From Auanema rhodensis (taxonomy: Eukaryota; Animalia; Nematoda), in NCBI GenBank assembly GCA_964057225.1, contig OZ059896.1, forward strand, positions 11,470,001 to 11,534,000: a stretch of DNA of 64,000 bases, written 5' to 3'. Made by a program: the position numbers and the translations under genes. Under the pieces are notes generated by a model, which was not told where the DNA came from, ran no database searches, and saw only the letters and a program-made list of their open reading frames with translations. Within the stretch, counting starts at the first letter, position 1. Each line of letters starts with the position of its first letter. This document shows positions 19,982-32,293 of the stretch, one piece after another.

Positions 19982-22284
19982 GTTTGTAGCCCAATTGGAG
20001 GCTTTTCCTAAACAACAACGAACTTTTACGTCTAGGGTCCAAGTAGAGTAGAGGAAAGTCCTAGCAGCAGTCTGTTGACGTTGGATCAGATCGTCGGCTT
20101 GTTGGCAGAGGTGGATCGGCGAGAAGACTAGGTGGCGGAGCTGGATCGGAGAGTAGATTTGTTGACAGAGCTGGATCGTAGAGTCGACTTGTTGGCGGAG
20201 CTGAAATGCAAATTTCGGTCTAAAAAATTTTGCCACCTTTTATACAAACTTTGTTGTAAAGCTCTACCCACTCCGCCTCTTTCACAAAACAGTTGACTGC
20301 TGTATGCGGCTTTTCTATTTGTTATATATTACAACAAATATATGCATTTATACATTAATTAGCAGTTTGTTGCGCAAACAGCTGCCAAATGCGCTAAAAT
20401 ACACCGATTGCGCCAACAGTTGCCGGATTAACAAGCTGTAAACTATCCGCTTATTAATTACTTGTTACAGCATTCGATTTCGTAAATCCAAATATTTAAT
20501 AATAATTCAACTCATTTGTGACAAGTCCTTATACAATAACAACTGTCAGCCAAAATTGTGGAATATTACAATAGGATCGTTTAATATTGTATTCATATTC
20601 TTATTATAACAGCTGTGGTACACTCTTATTTTTATAGTTTAGGAAACACTAATTCAAAATGTTGGATCCTTCTGAGGAAACGCAGGATTGTTGCGAAAAA
20701 CAGACTTGTACACATCCGATTACAAGTACAACATTTCCAGACACTTTGTAAAAAAGAAACTCTTACAAAATGTTAACACATGTTCTAATTTTAAATGAAA
20801 ATTTATTGTTCAATAAATATATTACGAAACATTTATTCTATTCTTGAACATAGTTATGAAATACATTAGCTATCAGAACATTTATAAACTATTAGGGCTA
20901 CAACAACAATTACTTTAAAGTAACATTTTTGATGCTAAAAAGTTTGAAAATATTCGTATATACTCATGACCCCTTGGCATAGTAAGTATTCTTTAGCGTT
21001 ATGGGTACATGTGGTGTACAGCTATTTATCATATTTTTATGAACACAACTTTTGCCATGTGGTACCTGTGTAGTGCACCTGTTTTAACGATCTTATCGAA
21101 TTAACCGATATGTGTTTCATTAAATTTAGTTTAAATATTTATTACTTCTTATCGAATTAACCTTCGATATGAGTTCCATTGATTAACCCATAAGAAGTAC
21201 GGTGAACATATTGATTAGCTTTTAAAAATATTTAAATAAATAAAAAACAATATATATGAGAAATAATTTATTCAGTTTTAAAAATACATTTAAAAAGAAA
21301 TAATTTTAAAAATATATTTAAAAAGAAACAATTAAATAATAATATTTACAAATACAATTTAAAATATATATATAAATATTAAAAATACATTTAAAAAGAA
21401 ATAAGTTTAAAAATATTTACAAATACAATTTACAAATATATAAATAATAAAAGTTCATTTAAAATAATACATTAAAAAATAATTTTCATGTAATTTGAAA
21501 ATATTAGACAACTTGGTACATGTGGTGTACAGCTATTTATCATATTTTTATGAACAAAACGTTTGCCATGTGGTTCTTGTGTGGGTCAGTGCACCTGTTT
21601 TAACGATCTTATCGAATTAACCTTCGATATGTGTTCCATTAACTTTTGTATTTCATATCGTTCTTATCGAATTAACTTTCGATATGTGTTCCATTAACTT
21701 TTGTATTTCATATCGTTCTTATCGAATTAACCTTCGATATGTGTTCCATTAATTAACCCATAAGAGGTACGGTGAACATATTTATTAGCTTTGAAAAATA
21801 TTCAAATTTTATAAATTAAAACAAACACAATATATATTAAAAAGTTTATTCAAATGTATATATATTAAAAATACATTTAAAAGGAGATAATTTTAATAAT
21901 ATTTTAAAAATATATAAAATACATTTAAAAAGAAATAATTACATAATAATATTTAAAACATATATTAATAATAAAAATTCATTTAAAAAGAAATAAGTTT
22001 AAAAATATTTACAAATACAATTAACAAATATATAAATAATAAAAATTCATTTAAAATAATACATTAAAAAATAATTAAAAAAAAAAAATCATGCATTTTG
22101 ATCCATGCGCAGGCTCGAGAGCCTGCCTCGGGAGGAAAAGTATATTTTTGACAGCTGACGCCGAAAATATGATTTTGACAGCTGACGCCCCCAAAAGTAT
22201 GATTTTAGCAGCTGACGCCCTCAAAAGTATGTTTTTAGCAACTGTTTGGGGGCGTGGTTAGTAAATTCGGCATGGCTCTCTACT

Positions 22285-24547
22285 CAGATGTCCGTATTTT
22301 AACCAACTGTATGAAAGTTTACATGAAGTTGGCAACCGCCACCACTGGCTGGAACCCTGTCATACAGTGTATGACATTTGCCAGTTTCTCTTTATTCCAG
22401 GCAAGTTTTTTAAAATACAAGCATTTTCAAAACTAGTATATTACAGCTGAAAATGAATCATATTAAAGAGAACCAAGTGGGTATTCTGCCCGAGACTGGT
22501 TATTATGCCGGTCAAAAGCAGAGTATAATAGCCATAAAGTATATAAAATGGCTAGAACAAGGATTGGGGCGCCCATTAATGCATAAGCTTAATGGTGGCG
22601 AATTTGCAGTGAGAGTAGATGGCCATCGCTATCTACTCGATGCTTATGACCCCGTTGCCAATCATGGCTATGAGGTGAGTAATTTGTGATAAATGTAAAA
22701 AGTGCAAATTTTTGTAGATTAATGGTTGTATTTACCATGGTTGCCCCCAGTGCACCAACAAGAGCGCTATAGCACCAGGCAGAAATGGTGAAACAATGGA
22801 AGAGGTAATTGTGACATTTTTAATCATTTTAATTTTTAAAATTTAGGTTTATGATAAAACCATGAAAAGGCTTGAAGCAATTCAAAGCCAAGGCATTAGT
22901 GTTACCACAGTGTGGGAGCACGAAATTAATGCTCAAATTTCGGCCAATGAAGAAATGGCGAAATTTATGCGTGAAACAAATGTTGTTACACGCTTGGCAC
23001 CTAGAGATGCCTTTACCGGTGGCCGCACCCAGACATATAAGCTTTTGGCACAAGCTTCGGATAGATACTCGCTCGAGTATGTGGACTTTTGTTCACTATA
23101 TCCATATGTCACAGCCTTTGATGCCTATTACCCTGTAGGTAATCCCAAAGTTATTACTGAGGGTTTCAAAAGCTTTGAGACATGTTGCCCATACAAGGGG
23201 CTAGTAAAATGTGACGTGCTTGCACCCACAAATTTGCTGTACCCTGTATTAGGCACACGTATTGGCGGTAAACTTATTTTTACAAACTGCCGCACTTGTG
23301 CAGTCAAAAGTAAAAATGTAACATGTGAGCACCAGAATGATGTAAATGCTAGAAAGCTGCATCTAACTGTGACACATGTTGAGCTCGAGTGTGCCATACA
23401 ACGTGGCTATAAAGTGCTTAATGTGCATGAGGTGTGGCACTGGGAAGAATGGCAACAAGGCGGCCTGTTTAAAGAATTTGTACAAAAGTACATAAAAATT
23501 AAACAAGAGGCGTCGGGCTGGCCAAAGCCAAACATGACAGAGGAAGAAAAGGTATGTTTTAATAAAAGTATCACATTAAATAGAATTTTACAGGTGATTT
23601 ATCTCCAAGAGCACGAGGAGAACACTGGTGTTGCTCTGGAGAGCAATAAAATTGAGAAGAATGCTGCCATGCGTAGCATTGCCAAACTGCAGCTAAATAG
23701 GTTTGTAAACTTTTTAAAAACAATACATTACAAATTTGCTTATAGTGTCTGGGGTAAAATGGGTCAAAGACCAGATAAAGCCCAAACCAAGATTATTGGT
23801 GTTGAGGACCCAGAAATTGGTAGGATCATTACTGATCCTGCAAGGGAACTCACTGGGTTCAAAATTGTGGATAATGTTGCGTACTGCACAACAGTACCAG
23901 AGGATTCACATTTGGCACCACCGCCTTTTACAAATGTAGCTATTGCGGCCTATACAACCGCTCATGCAAGGCTACTATTGTATAAGGCAATGGAGAAAAT
24001 TGGAAAGAATTTGGTGTATACAGGTAATTTTATACTTTGTATTCAATTTAAACTTACATTATTTAGACACGGATTCTCTAATTTATCAAAGGTGCCTGGA
24101 TGAGCCAGATCCAATTGAGGATATGAAGGGTGAATGGTTAGGTAAACTAACCTCTGAAATACCCGATGGTTGGTCAATGACCAAGTTTGTGTCACCAGCG
24201 GCAAAAGTTTATAGTTATAAACTTGTAAATGCAGCTGGTGATGTAAAATATGTAACAAAGGCAAAGGGAGTGGTAAGTACGAGCTTTGACTTTTCAAATA
24301 ATTTTATAATTTTCAGACGTTGGACCACACGGCAGCGTCAGTGGTAAACTTTGAAAGTATGGAGCGACTGGTTCGCGGACTCGTTATGGATGGAGAAAAA
24401 TTGGTTTTAAAAACCAATACGACATTGTTAAAGAGGCAACTCGGTGCCATATCCACAATGGATATGACAAAAAGTACTAAAGTCGTAATGGATAAACTTT
24501 GTTATCTACAAGATTATAGTACTTTACCCTACGGTTATTGTGAATAA
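22285..24547 (+). pseudogene. 3' part of A2 pPolB (end of exon 7 to exon 14), disrupted by B1
   Basis: Matches A1 4312-6575. Confidence 0.92.
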
Positions 24548-24683
24548 TATATTTGAATTTATAAATTTTTATCTTGTATATATTTGTATTTATAAAATTT
24601 TATCATTGTACATGTATATTTTTAAAAATAGTTGTATTAATAAATTTTATTCTTAAATCTTTTAAAGAATTTTATTACATACA

Positions 24684-25502
24684 TTACAAACTGGTATCAA
24701 TATATGGAGCACGATTGTTGTCAATGGAAAGAATAGAGTCATACTCTGCATAAACAATTGCATATAAGCCCTCTTGCGGCGTTTGTTGACCAAATTCCAA
24801 TTTCAAGGCTACATTACCTTGTCGTATAACATCAAATAACTCTGACGAATGCACAGTAGGAGAAATATCAAATACAAAAAATGTGAAACCAGCTTTATAC
24901 ATTGCTGGTGTAATACCATTGGATGAATCTGTACGACCAAGTCCCAAACCTTCGAGCATGTCAATATATGCTGTGGCATAGGAAGATCGCCATTCTAAAT
25001 TATAAGGACGGGTAGGTATTACCCTATTGTTGAGCGTCAAGTATATATTTTTCAAATCAAACGGTTTAAAGTTGAATGGCGAATGTTTAAAAGTACCATT
25101 ATAGGCGTGTGCGCCAACAAGACCTACTACAACACGTTTCGGTGTATGAGACGTGAATAATATATTATTAGGTGAATCCAAGCGGCCTCCTTCTATGAAA
25201 TAAGAGCGCATTTTCACTGATGTCATGGGGTAGTGTATTCGATCCTTTGCGAGTTTATCTTCTATAGCCATAGCTAATCCAGCGTTTAGATCAAACTCTT
25301 GAATGAGCAAATGTACATCGCTGATATCTACTTTCAAATTTGGAAACTCCTCCTTTAATGTAGTATCCTTGTTTTCATTATTCCAGCCTAGAGTGTCAAT
25401 TAAAAAGTTATCACGGTTTGGATATGCAGTTAGCTCCATTTTTGAATAGTTTACAAACAGTCGCTCTTGATTAAATAGGTCGATACTGACGGGAGCAGCC
25501 AT
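24684..25502 (-). pseudogene. 3' part of A2 major capsid gene
   Basis: Joins 42157-42678 across the TSD AGCCAT. Confidence 0.93.
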
Positions 25503-27005
25503 AGTAGAGAGCCATGCCGAATTTACTAACCACGCCCCCAAACAGTTGCTAAAAACATACTTTTGAGGGCGTCAGCTGCTAAAAACATACTTTTGGGGGG
25601 CGTCAGCTGTCAAAATCATATTTTCGGCGTCAGCTGTCAAAAATATACTTTTCCTCCCGAGGCAGGCTCTCGAGCCTGCGCATGAATCAAAATGCATGAT
25701 TTTTTTTTTTAAATCATTTTTAAAATTATTTTTTAATGTATTATTTTAAATGAACTTTTATTATTTATATATTTGTAAATTGTATTTGTAAATATTTTTA
25801 AACTTATTTCTTTTTAAATGTATTTTTAATATTTATATATATATTTTAAATTGTATTTGTAAATATTATTATTTAATTGTTTCTTTTTAAATGTATTTTA
25901 ATATTTATATATTTTTTAATTGTATCTTTAAAACGGAATAAATTATTTCTCATATATATTGTTTTTTATTTATTTAAATATTTTTAAAAGCTAATCAATA
26001 TGTTCACCGTACTTCTTATGGGTTAATCAATGGAACTCATATCGAAGGTTAATTCGATAAGAAGTAATAAATATTTAAACTAAATTTAATGAAACACATA
26101 TCGGTTAATTCGATAAGATCGTTAAAACAGGTGCACTACACAGGTACCACATGGCAAAAGTTGTGTTCATAAAAATATGATAAATAGCTGTACACCACAT
26201 GTACCCATAACGCTAAAGAATACTTACTATGCCAAGGGGTCATGAGTATATACGAATATTTTCAAACTTTTTAGCATCAAAAATGTTACTTTAAAGTAAT
26301 TGTTGTTGTAGCCCTAATAGTTTATAAATGTTCTGATAGCTAATGTATTTCATAACTATGTTCAAGAATAGAATAAATGTTTCGTAATATATTTATTGAA
26401 CAATAAATTTTCATTTAAAATTAGAACATGTGTTAACATTTTGTAAGAGTTTCTTTTTTACAAAGTGTCTGGAAATGTTGTACTTGTAATCGGATGTGTA
26501 CAAGTCTGTTTTTCGCAACAATCCTGCGTTTCCTCAGAAGGATCCAACATTTTGAATTAGTGTTTCCTAAACTATAAAAATAAGAGTGTACCACAGCTGT
26601 TATAATAAGAATATGAATACAATATTAAACGATCCTATTGTAATATTCCACAATTTTGGCTGACAGTTGTTATTGTATAAGGACTTGTCACAAATGAGTT
26701 GAATTATTATTAAATATTTGGATTTACGAAATCGAATGCTGTAACAAGTAATTAATAAGCGGATAGTTTACAGCTTGTTAATCCGGCAACTGTTGGCGCA
26801 ATCGGTGTATTTTAGCGCATTTGGCAGCTGTTTGCGCAACAAACTGCTAATTAATGTATAAATGCATATATTTGTTGTAATATATAACAAATAGAAAAGC
26901 CGCATACAGCAGTCAACTGTTTTGTGAAAGAGGCGGAGTGGGTAGAGCTTTACAACAAAGTTTGTATAAAAGGTGGCAAAATTTTTTAGACCGAAATTTG
27001 CATTT

Positions 27006-27135
27006 CAGCTCCGCCAACAAGTCGACTCTACGATCCAGCTCTGTCAACAAATCTACTCTCCGATCCAGCTCCGCCACCTAGTCTTCTCGCCGATCCACCT
27101 CTGCCAACAAGCCGACGATCTGATCCAACGTCAAC
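27006..27135 (+). repeat. 30-bp tandem repeat (about 4x) in the leader of the B accessory gene
   Basis: Units like CAGCTCCGCCAACAAGTCGACTCTACGATC, downstream of TATAAAAG (26965-26972); mirror copy at about 20075-20203. Confidence 0.75.
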
Positions 27136-27227
27136 AGACTGCTGCTAGGACTTTCCTCTACTCTACTTGGACCCTAGACGTAAAAGTTCGTTGTTGTTTA
27201 GGAAAAGCCTCCAATTGGGCTACAAAC

Positions 27228-27821
27228 ATGAAGCGTTCCGCTCTTGTTGATGTAGAGAATATTGTACCTTCGACACCGGAACCGGATGTTCCAAGACCAC
27301 CCACACCAGGACCCAACTTTGCTGCCACATTCTTTGGTAAGGTTTTATTTTTGTTATTAATTATTTTTTGTTTAGACACACCAAAAAAGCAGGTACAAAT
27401 CTCAAAGGATAGCTCTCCACAACAGCCTGTAGTTATGAGACCAATATGTCTCTGCAAAACTTGTAGGGATACATTGCAAGTCGTAGACGAGTACCACTGT
27501 TTCAGCCTCTGTGTCAAGTGTAGAGCGAGGAATGATGCCTTAGGGCTTTTAAAAGTTTTCCGTCATTATAAACCTGAAAATTCAACAATCAATGTGAGAT
27601 TATAAAATTATTAATTCTAATTATTATTTTTTCTTTTACAGATGCGTTCCTATTCTAGCATGTCATCAAAACAATTGTTGAATAATATGGGTTACATTGC
27701 CATTTATACTGATGAGTCAACTGTCAAGTCTTTTGGTTATAAGCAGAATGTGTTCTACTTTAAATTAAGTCAACAGGCGCTCAACTTGAATATGCTTATC
27801 CGTTTTGATCCATCGTTTTGA
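27228..27821 (+). CDS. B2 spliced D-box/Cys-rich accessory gene (168 aa)
   Basis: Exons 27228-27336, 27376-27593 and 27642-27821 in phase. Confidence 0.78.
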
Positions 27822-28118
27822 CTACAACAAGCACAAACTGTTTAATGGACAGTTGGTTGATTTTGTTATGTTATATTTAAATTTTCTTAGCCGTAACATT
27901 TTTTTTTTCCAGCTTTCGAAGTTTGAAATTATCCATCAACAGCCGACTCTCTAACCAACTGGTAAGCATTAAAAATTTAAATATTAATCAGTTTATAATT
28001 ATAGGTTATATCATTGTCTTGGCTTTTATGTTTTGCTGGTTTTTATTGTTACAATATGAACGATTGATCAAATAAATCATTTATTATTAATACAATTGTT
28101 TACAACAACAGTGAAAAA

Positions 28119-29186
28119 TTATACATTTAAATTTTCTGCATCTATCCATTCATTAAAGTTGTCGGGATAGCCACTCCATTTTACAAACACTTGGCGTTTA
28201 CCATTTCGTGTACGCTCTTTCAAAACTTTCTCAATATAGTACTGGTTGCTTTTATTAGTAGCCAACACAAGTTCAGGCTCATAGAATATTCCCTTTATAC
28301 GTTCACCATTATAATCTACAAGTTTATACACGGTTGGGTTCCCGGCTACAATCTCATCAATTGTGAATAGTTCCATTGTATATCCAGACTCGTAACTTTT
28401 TTCAAAAGTACGCCTGTTCTTGCTTATGCGAACATTATCACCAATTTTGAATCGGTTGCGAACAGCTGGTGCATATTCTTCAACGAATATATTTGCTGTA
28501 ACATCTACGGGGCGCATTTTAATCGACCGATTATAAGATTTGTTTATTCCTTCGACCAAGTCATCTAGTATATCAATCCATCGATGATTATTCTTGTAAT
28601 AGAGATATTTCATCATGCGCGTTTTTAAAGTTCTATTTGCTCGCTCCACCATTGCCGCCTTTTGTGGTGAACTTGTTGATCCATGCAGTATGGCAAATTT
28701 TTTGAATAGTTTTTCACAATGACTATTATAAAACTCTGCACCGTTATCCGTTATTAGTTGGATTGGTATAAAATCCTTGAATACATTTTCAAATGCAGTA
28801 GCAACCTCTAAACCACCTTTAGTTTTCAAAGGCCTAACATATAACATGCGTGTATAAACATCAATCATGGTCAACATGTAAGCATAGCCGTCATTTGATT
28901 TTTTATATTTTTGCATATCAACCAAATCTGCTTGCATTGTTAGGAATCGACCACAGCCTCTAGTCTTTTTAGTCTGCATATGCAGTCTGGTTGGTTTATG
29001 ACGTGTAAAAGTTTCAGAGTCTTGCAAAAAACTTTCAACTTGTGCTTTTGCAATGCCATGCTTTCGCGCTTCCAATAATAGATTTTTGGCAGACGTATAA
29101 GAAGCTGGATGCTTAATATTATAATAAATGTTCTCCAAAACATTACTTCCATAATCTAATGTAGAATCGTTTACGGCCTTTGCCAT
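28119..29186 (-). CDS. B2 RVE integrase with chromodomain
   Basis: DDE motifs and chromodomain. Confidence 0.95.
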   Translation of the reverse strand: MAKAVNDSTLDYGSNVLENIYYNIKHPASYTSAKNLLLEARKHGIAKAQVESFLQDSETFTRHKPTRLHMQTKKTRGCGRFLTMQADLVDMQKYKKSNDGYAYMLTMIDVYTRMLYVRPLKTKGGLEVATAFENVFKDFIPIQLITDNGAEFYNSHCEKLFKKFAILHGSTSSPQKAAMVERANRTLKTRMMKYLYYKNNHRWIDILDDLVEGINKSYNRSIKMRPVDVTANIFVEEYAPAVRNRFKIGDNVRISKNRRTFEKSYESGYTMELFTIDEIVAGNPTVYKLVDYNGERIKGIFYEPELVLATNKSNQYYIEKVLKERTRNGKRQVFVKWSGYPDNFNEWIDAENLNV

Positions 29187-29880
29187 TCTGTGTTTCTCCC
29201 GCCTGAGGTGTGTAATATGATTCACCAGTGTCAGCGGGTTTTGCCTTTTTATTTATAGCTTTGGATTTGAATGTACGACGCGGAGAGGGTGAATATCGAA
29301 TAACAGCCTTACGATGACGTGGTGTTCTAGGTAATATATTAATAGTAGCATCCAAGTCTGTGACAGCCGATGTGGATGTAGGCACGGGATCAACTGAATC
29401 CTTGTTACTGACGGCAGGCTCTACATTTTTTGCCTTCTTGTTAGGGCTAGAGACCCCATTACTGGCTAAGAATTTGGCTAATACTGAGAATCCATTGGGT
29501 TCCGTTTTTGTTTTATCCAGTACAAAATCCAAAATTTTTGTAATATTTGTGTTTGGTACGGGCTCATTATTAATCACAAGTTGGTTATTTTTGTTTGTAC
29601 GCACCTCTGGAAATCGTTCCCACAGATCGTTATACTTTCGTGGCAGCTTGTATTCTGGCAATAATGGTGGATCAGCATTTTCCACTTGTACTGATATAGG
29701 CGCATCTATGCTTTCTCTATAGTTTTTGAGACGGGTAATCAAGTCTTCGTATAGTTCAGCCTTTTTATAATCGGGTATAGATTTATTCTCTCGTAAGAGC
29801 TTCAATTCAGCATCAAACTTGTCTATATTCAGCGTTTCATCATCCACAGGGATTAGACGATATTTATGATTGAGTTTCAT
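29143..29880 (-). CDS. B2 hypothetical protein (245 aa)
   Basis: Homolog of 11634-12350. Confidence 0.75.
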   Translation of the reverse strand: MKLNHKYRLIPVDDETLNIDKFDAELKLLRENKSIPDYKKAELYEDLITRLKNYRESIDAPISVQVENADPPLLPEYKLPRKYNDLWERFPEVRTNKNNQLVINNEPVPNTNITKILDFVLDKTKTEPNGFSVLAKFLASNGVSSPNKKAKNVEPAVSNKDSVDPVPTSTSAVTDLDATINILPRTPRHRKAVIRYSPSPRRTFKSKAINKKAKPADTGESYYTPQAGETQNGKGRKRFYIRLWK

Positions 29881-30185
29881 CTTTTAAAACCAAAATAAGC
29901 AATTCCACATGAAACTATTGTTTTCAATTGTTTGTGTGAAATCGTTGCCAATAAAGTTTTAGCCTTTTCGGGTGTGCGTATCAAAGCTATTTGACGTAAT
30001 AATGAGGATATGGGCAAAAGGGTTTTATATTCCTTGTTAGTTAAGAGAAAATTATTATTTTTCACAATATTAAATACAATTTCAACAATAATTTCAATTT
30101 GTGAAAAAGAAAATGAGGAAACAGAACAAGGGGTTTTGGCACAAGAAGATAAAAAGTTGTAATTTGACAAAATACGACCACTCAT
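29877..30185 (-). CDS. B2 hypothetical protein (102 aa)
   Basis: Homolog of 11329-11637. Confidence 0.7.
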   Translation of the reverse strand: MSGRILSNYNFLSSCAKTPCSVSSFSFSQIEIIVEIVFNIVKNNNFLLTNKEYKTLLPISSLLRQIALIRTPEKAKTLLATISHKQLKTIVSCGIAYFGFKR

Positions 30186-30197
30186 TGAACATGCACA

Positions 30198-30845
30198 TTA
30201 AACACTGAATATATTTCTGGCTACATAAACAATAGGGTGCTCCGCTGTTATATCTGATAGTATACGCTGTTTCTCATTTGTTAAAGGATGGTTGTCAATC
30301 AGTAAATGACTATAGGGTGTAGACATTGCATCATCATATGCTTCTAGAGCATTTTTAAAGCGGGGGCCAAATAATTGTTGCAGACAATTACGTATTTGTA
30401 ATATATCCGAATGACTTTTCATCAGTATTATATATGTACTATTAATTCGACTGGTCCTGTCTAGCTGAAATGCAGCTTGCACAAGATTAAACACTGCCAA
30501 ATTCCAGTGATGTGCCCACACTGTAAAAATGTTGTTGAGTAATTCTTTAGCCGCTTTATTCGATGAGAAAAAATTCATCAAATCATCCAGCACTAGTATG
30601 GTGTTTATTCCCTTTTGCTCTTTTATTATATCCGGATCAGGTGGTCCTTGAATTACTATTAAACGCTCATCATTTAATGGAACACCTGACGATGCTCCAC
30701 ATTGACTGAACCAGAATATTCTATCAATGGGGACGTTGAAAAACTTTTCAGTATTTTCACATATACGTTTTATAAGGGTAGTTTTACCACATTGCGTTGC
30801 CCCTATTACAGTTGTCTGACTGGGTAGTTTGAAGCTGAAAACCAT
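30198..30845 (-). CDS. B2 packaging ATPase
   Basis: Walker A and B. Confidence 0.92.
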   Translation of the reverse strand: MVFSFKLPSQTTVIGATQCGKTTLIKRICENTEKFFNVPIDRIFWFSQCGASSGVPLNDERLIVIQGPPDPDIIKEQKGINTILVLDDLMNFFSSNKAAKELLNNIFTVWAHHWNLAVFNLVQAAFQLDRTSRINSTYIILMKSHSDILQIRNCLQQLFGPRFKNALEAYDDAMSTPYSHLLIDNHPLTNEKQRILSDITAEHPIVYVARNIFSV

Positions 30846-30924
30846 AATCAACCACTCGTAAATGTACCTATAATGCAAATGATTTCATTTATACTAGTGC
30901 GCACGCATCAGGTGGTGGTCTGTG

Positions 30925-31782
30925 ATGGATGACTTTTACATTACTTTGCCGTCATCAGTTGACTCTGAAAAAAGTAATACCTCATCAGTGTTTCTTACCA
31001 GGTTACCTGAAACATTAAGGCTACGCAATAACAGATATTGCATTGGGCTGACAGACATAATTTTTCCGTGTTCGATATTAAATGTACAAGAAAATCTTTC
31101 TTATACACTACGTTTTTCCAACAGAAAGTTTATTCTGCACTTGCCCAAAGGTAACTATGCAAATGGTGATGAAATAATACGCGGAATCAATGCTGGAAAA
31201 GAACAATTTATTGCTAGCAGCACTAAACCTCTTGGAGCTGAGGAAGAAGCACGTATAAAGGGTTTAATAGATAAAGATGAAGATGTGAAAAAGTGGTATA
31301 ATAATCGACAAGCTGAGGCTAAACTTGTCAAGGAAATGCTGGCAGACGCCACGTTTCGGTTTAACAAAACACTACAACGCATAGAGTTTGTAACAAGTAA
31401 GCGGCTCTTATTGAATGCAACACTCGGTGATGCTCTCGCATATTTTCTTGGCTTTGAGAATAAAATTATCAACGACACGTTAATAGCCAGGCGCCCCATT
31501 GATTTTTCAAATAACATTAATACAATGTATATATATTGTGATATTGTAGAATATTCCATTCTCGGTAATGTGAAAGCTAATTTACTTGCATGTTTACCTG
31601 TACCACCTCCCACCGAATTTGGTAAAATGATTGCCAAAACATTTAATCCTATTCGTTATGTACCAATCACTAAGCAAACACTCGATACTATACGTATTGA
31701 AATTTTAGATGAATTTGGCCGCCCTATGCAATTTAATTATGGTTCTACAGTTGTTACATTACATGTTAAAAATGTGAAATAA
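30925..31782 (+). CDS. B2 minor capsid (penton)
   Basis: Intact homolog of 9732-10589. Confidence 0.88.
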   Translation: MDDFYITLPSSVDSEKSNTSSVFLTRLPETLRLRNNRYCIGLTDIIFPCSILNVQENLSYTLRFSNRKFILHLPKGNYANGDEIIRGINAGKEQFIASSTKPLGAEEEARIKGLIDKDEDVKKWYNNRQAEAKLVKEMLADATFRFNKTLQRIEFVTSKRLLLNATLGDALAYFLGFENKIINDTLIARRPIDFSNNINTMYIYCDIVEYSILGNVKANLLACLPVPPPTEFGKMIAKTFNPIRYVPITKQTLDTIRIEILDEFGRPMQFNYGSTVVTLHVKNVK

Positions 31783-31787
31783 ATGTT

Positions 31788-32252
31788 TTATTCAACAGTT
31801 ATACAAGACCACATTACGATTTTCGAAGGTTTAAAAGGTAGTTCAGCGCCGTTTTGTTCGATGCGCGGCTCGTGTTGTGAATATTCTCGGTTACTATTGC
31901 AGCGGCATCGTTTTGGTTCGGTTGACTGTACAAACTCCTCAGTTTTTTCAGAGGGTTCGCTGGTATCATTTCCATCACCATCTTTACCATTCGTTCCATT
32001 ACTATTATGAAGACGCCGAATATGACGCTGACAATTGAATCTTGTTCCAAAAGTTTCACTACAATAAGGGCACAAACGTCTACGAACACCATCCAAATGT
32101 CCATATTTTTGAATAAAGTCAGCATTGCTGATATAACTGTTACATACGGGTTGAATCCCGTCATGTCTTTTTAATACGTGATCACTAAAATGCTTGGCTG
32201 ATGAAAATATTTCCTTGCACGTAACACAATACTTGTTACATAAAAGTTCCAT
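31788..32252 (-). CDS. B2 C2H2 zinc-finger protein
   Basis: Homolog of 9262-9726. Confidence 0.75.
   Translation of the reverse strand: MELLCNKYCVTCKEIFSSAKHFSDHVLKRHDGIQPVCNSYISNADFIQKYGHLDGVRRRLCPYCSETFGTRFNCQRHIRRLHNSNGTNGKDGDGNDTSEPSEKTEEFVQSTEPKRCRCNSNREYSQHEPRIEQNGAELPFKPSKIVMWSCITVE
31814..32164 (-). CDS. B2 overprinted hydrophobic protein (116 aa)
   Basis: Homolog of 9350-9697. Confidence 0.7.
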   Translation of the reverse strand: MTGFNPYVTVISAMLTLFKNMDIWMVFVDVCALIVVKLLEQDSIVSVIFGVFIIVMERMVKMVMEMIPANPLKKLRSLYSQPNQNDAAAIVTENIHNTSRASNKTALNYLLNLRKS

Positions 32253-32293
32253 TAGAGGAAAATAAAAAACAACCACACACAGTCAACTCACTT

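Larger units (their letters stand above)
1..22284 (+). mobile_element. Maverick/Polinton B1 (subfamily B); left part lies upstream of the window; interrupted by A1
   Basis: 1-139 and 15803-~21480 match the reverse complement of B2. Ends ...GGCATGGCTCTCTACT at 22284, followed by CAGATG (expected TSD) and subfamily A PolB sequence. Confidence 0.9.

Noticed and set aside
26973-27227. N-terminal extension of the 210-aa ORF (also 19982-20236)
   Set aside because: GTG start right at the TATA box and not conserved in subfamily A; conservation begins at MKR.
15803-31406. Assembly artefact as the source of the duplicated elements
   Set aside because: Each copy has its own insertion site, the two complete elements have matching TSDs, and copies differ by scattered substitutions and repeat number.
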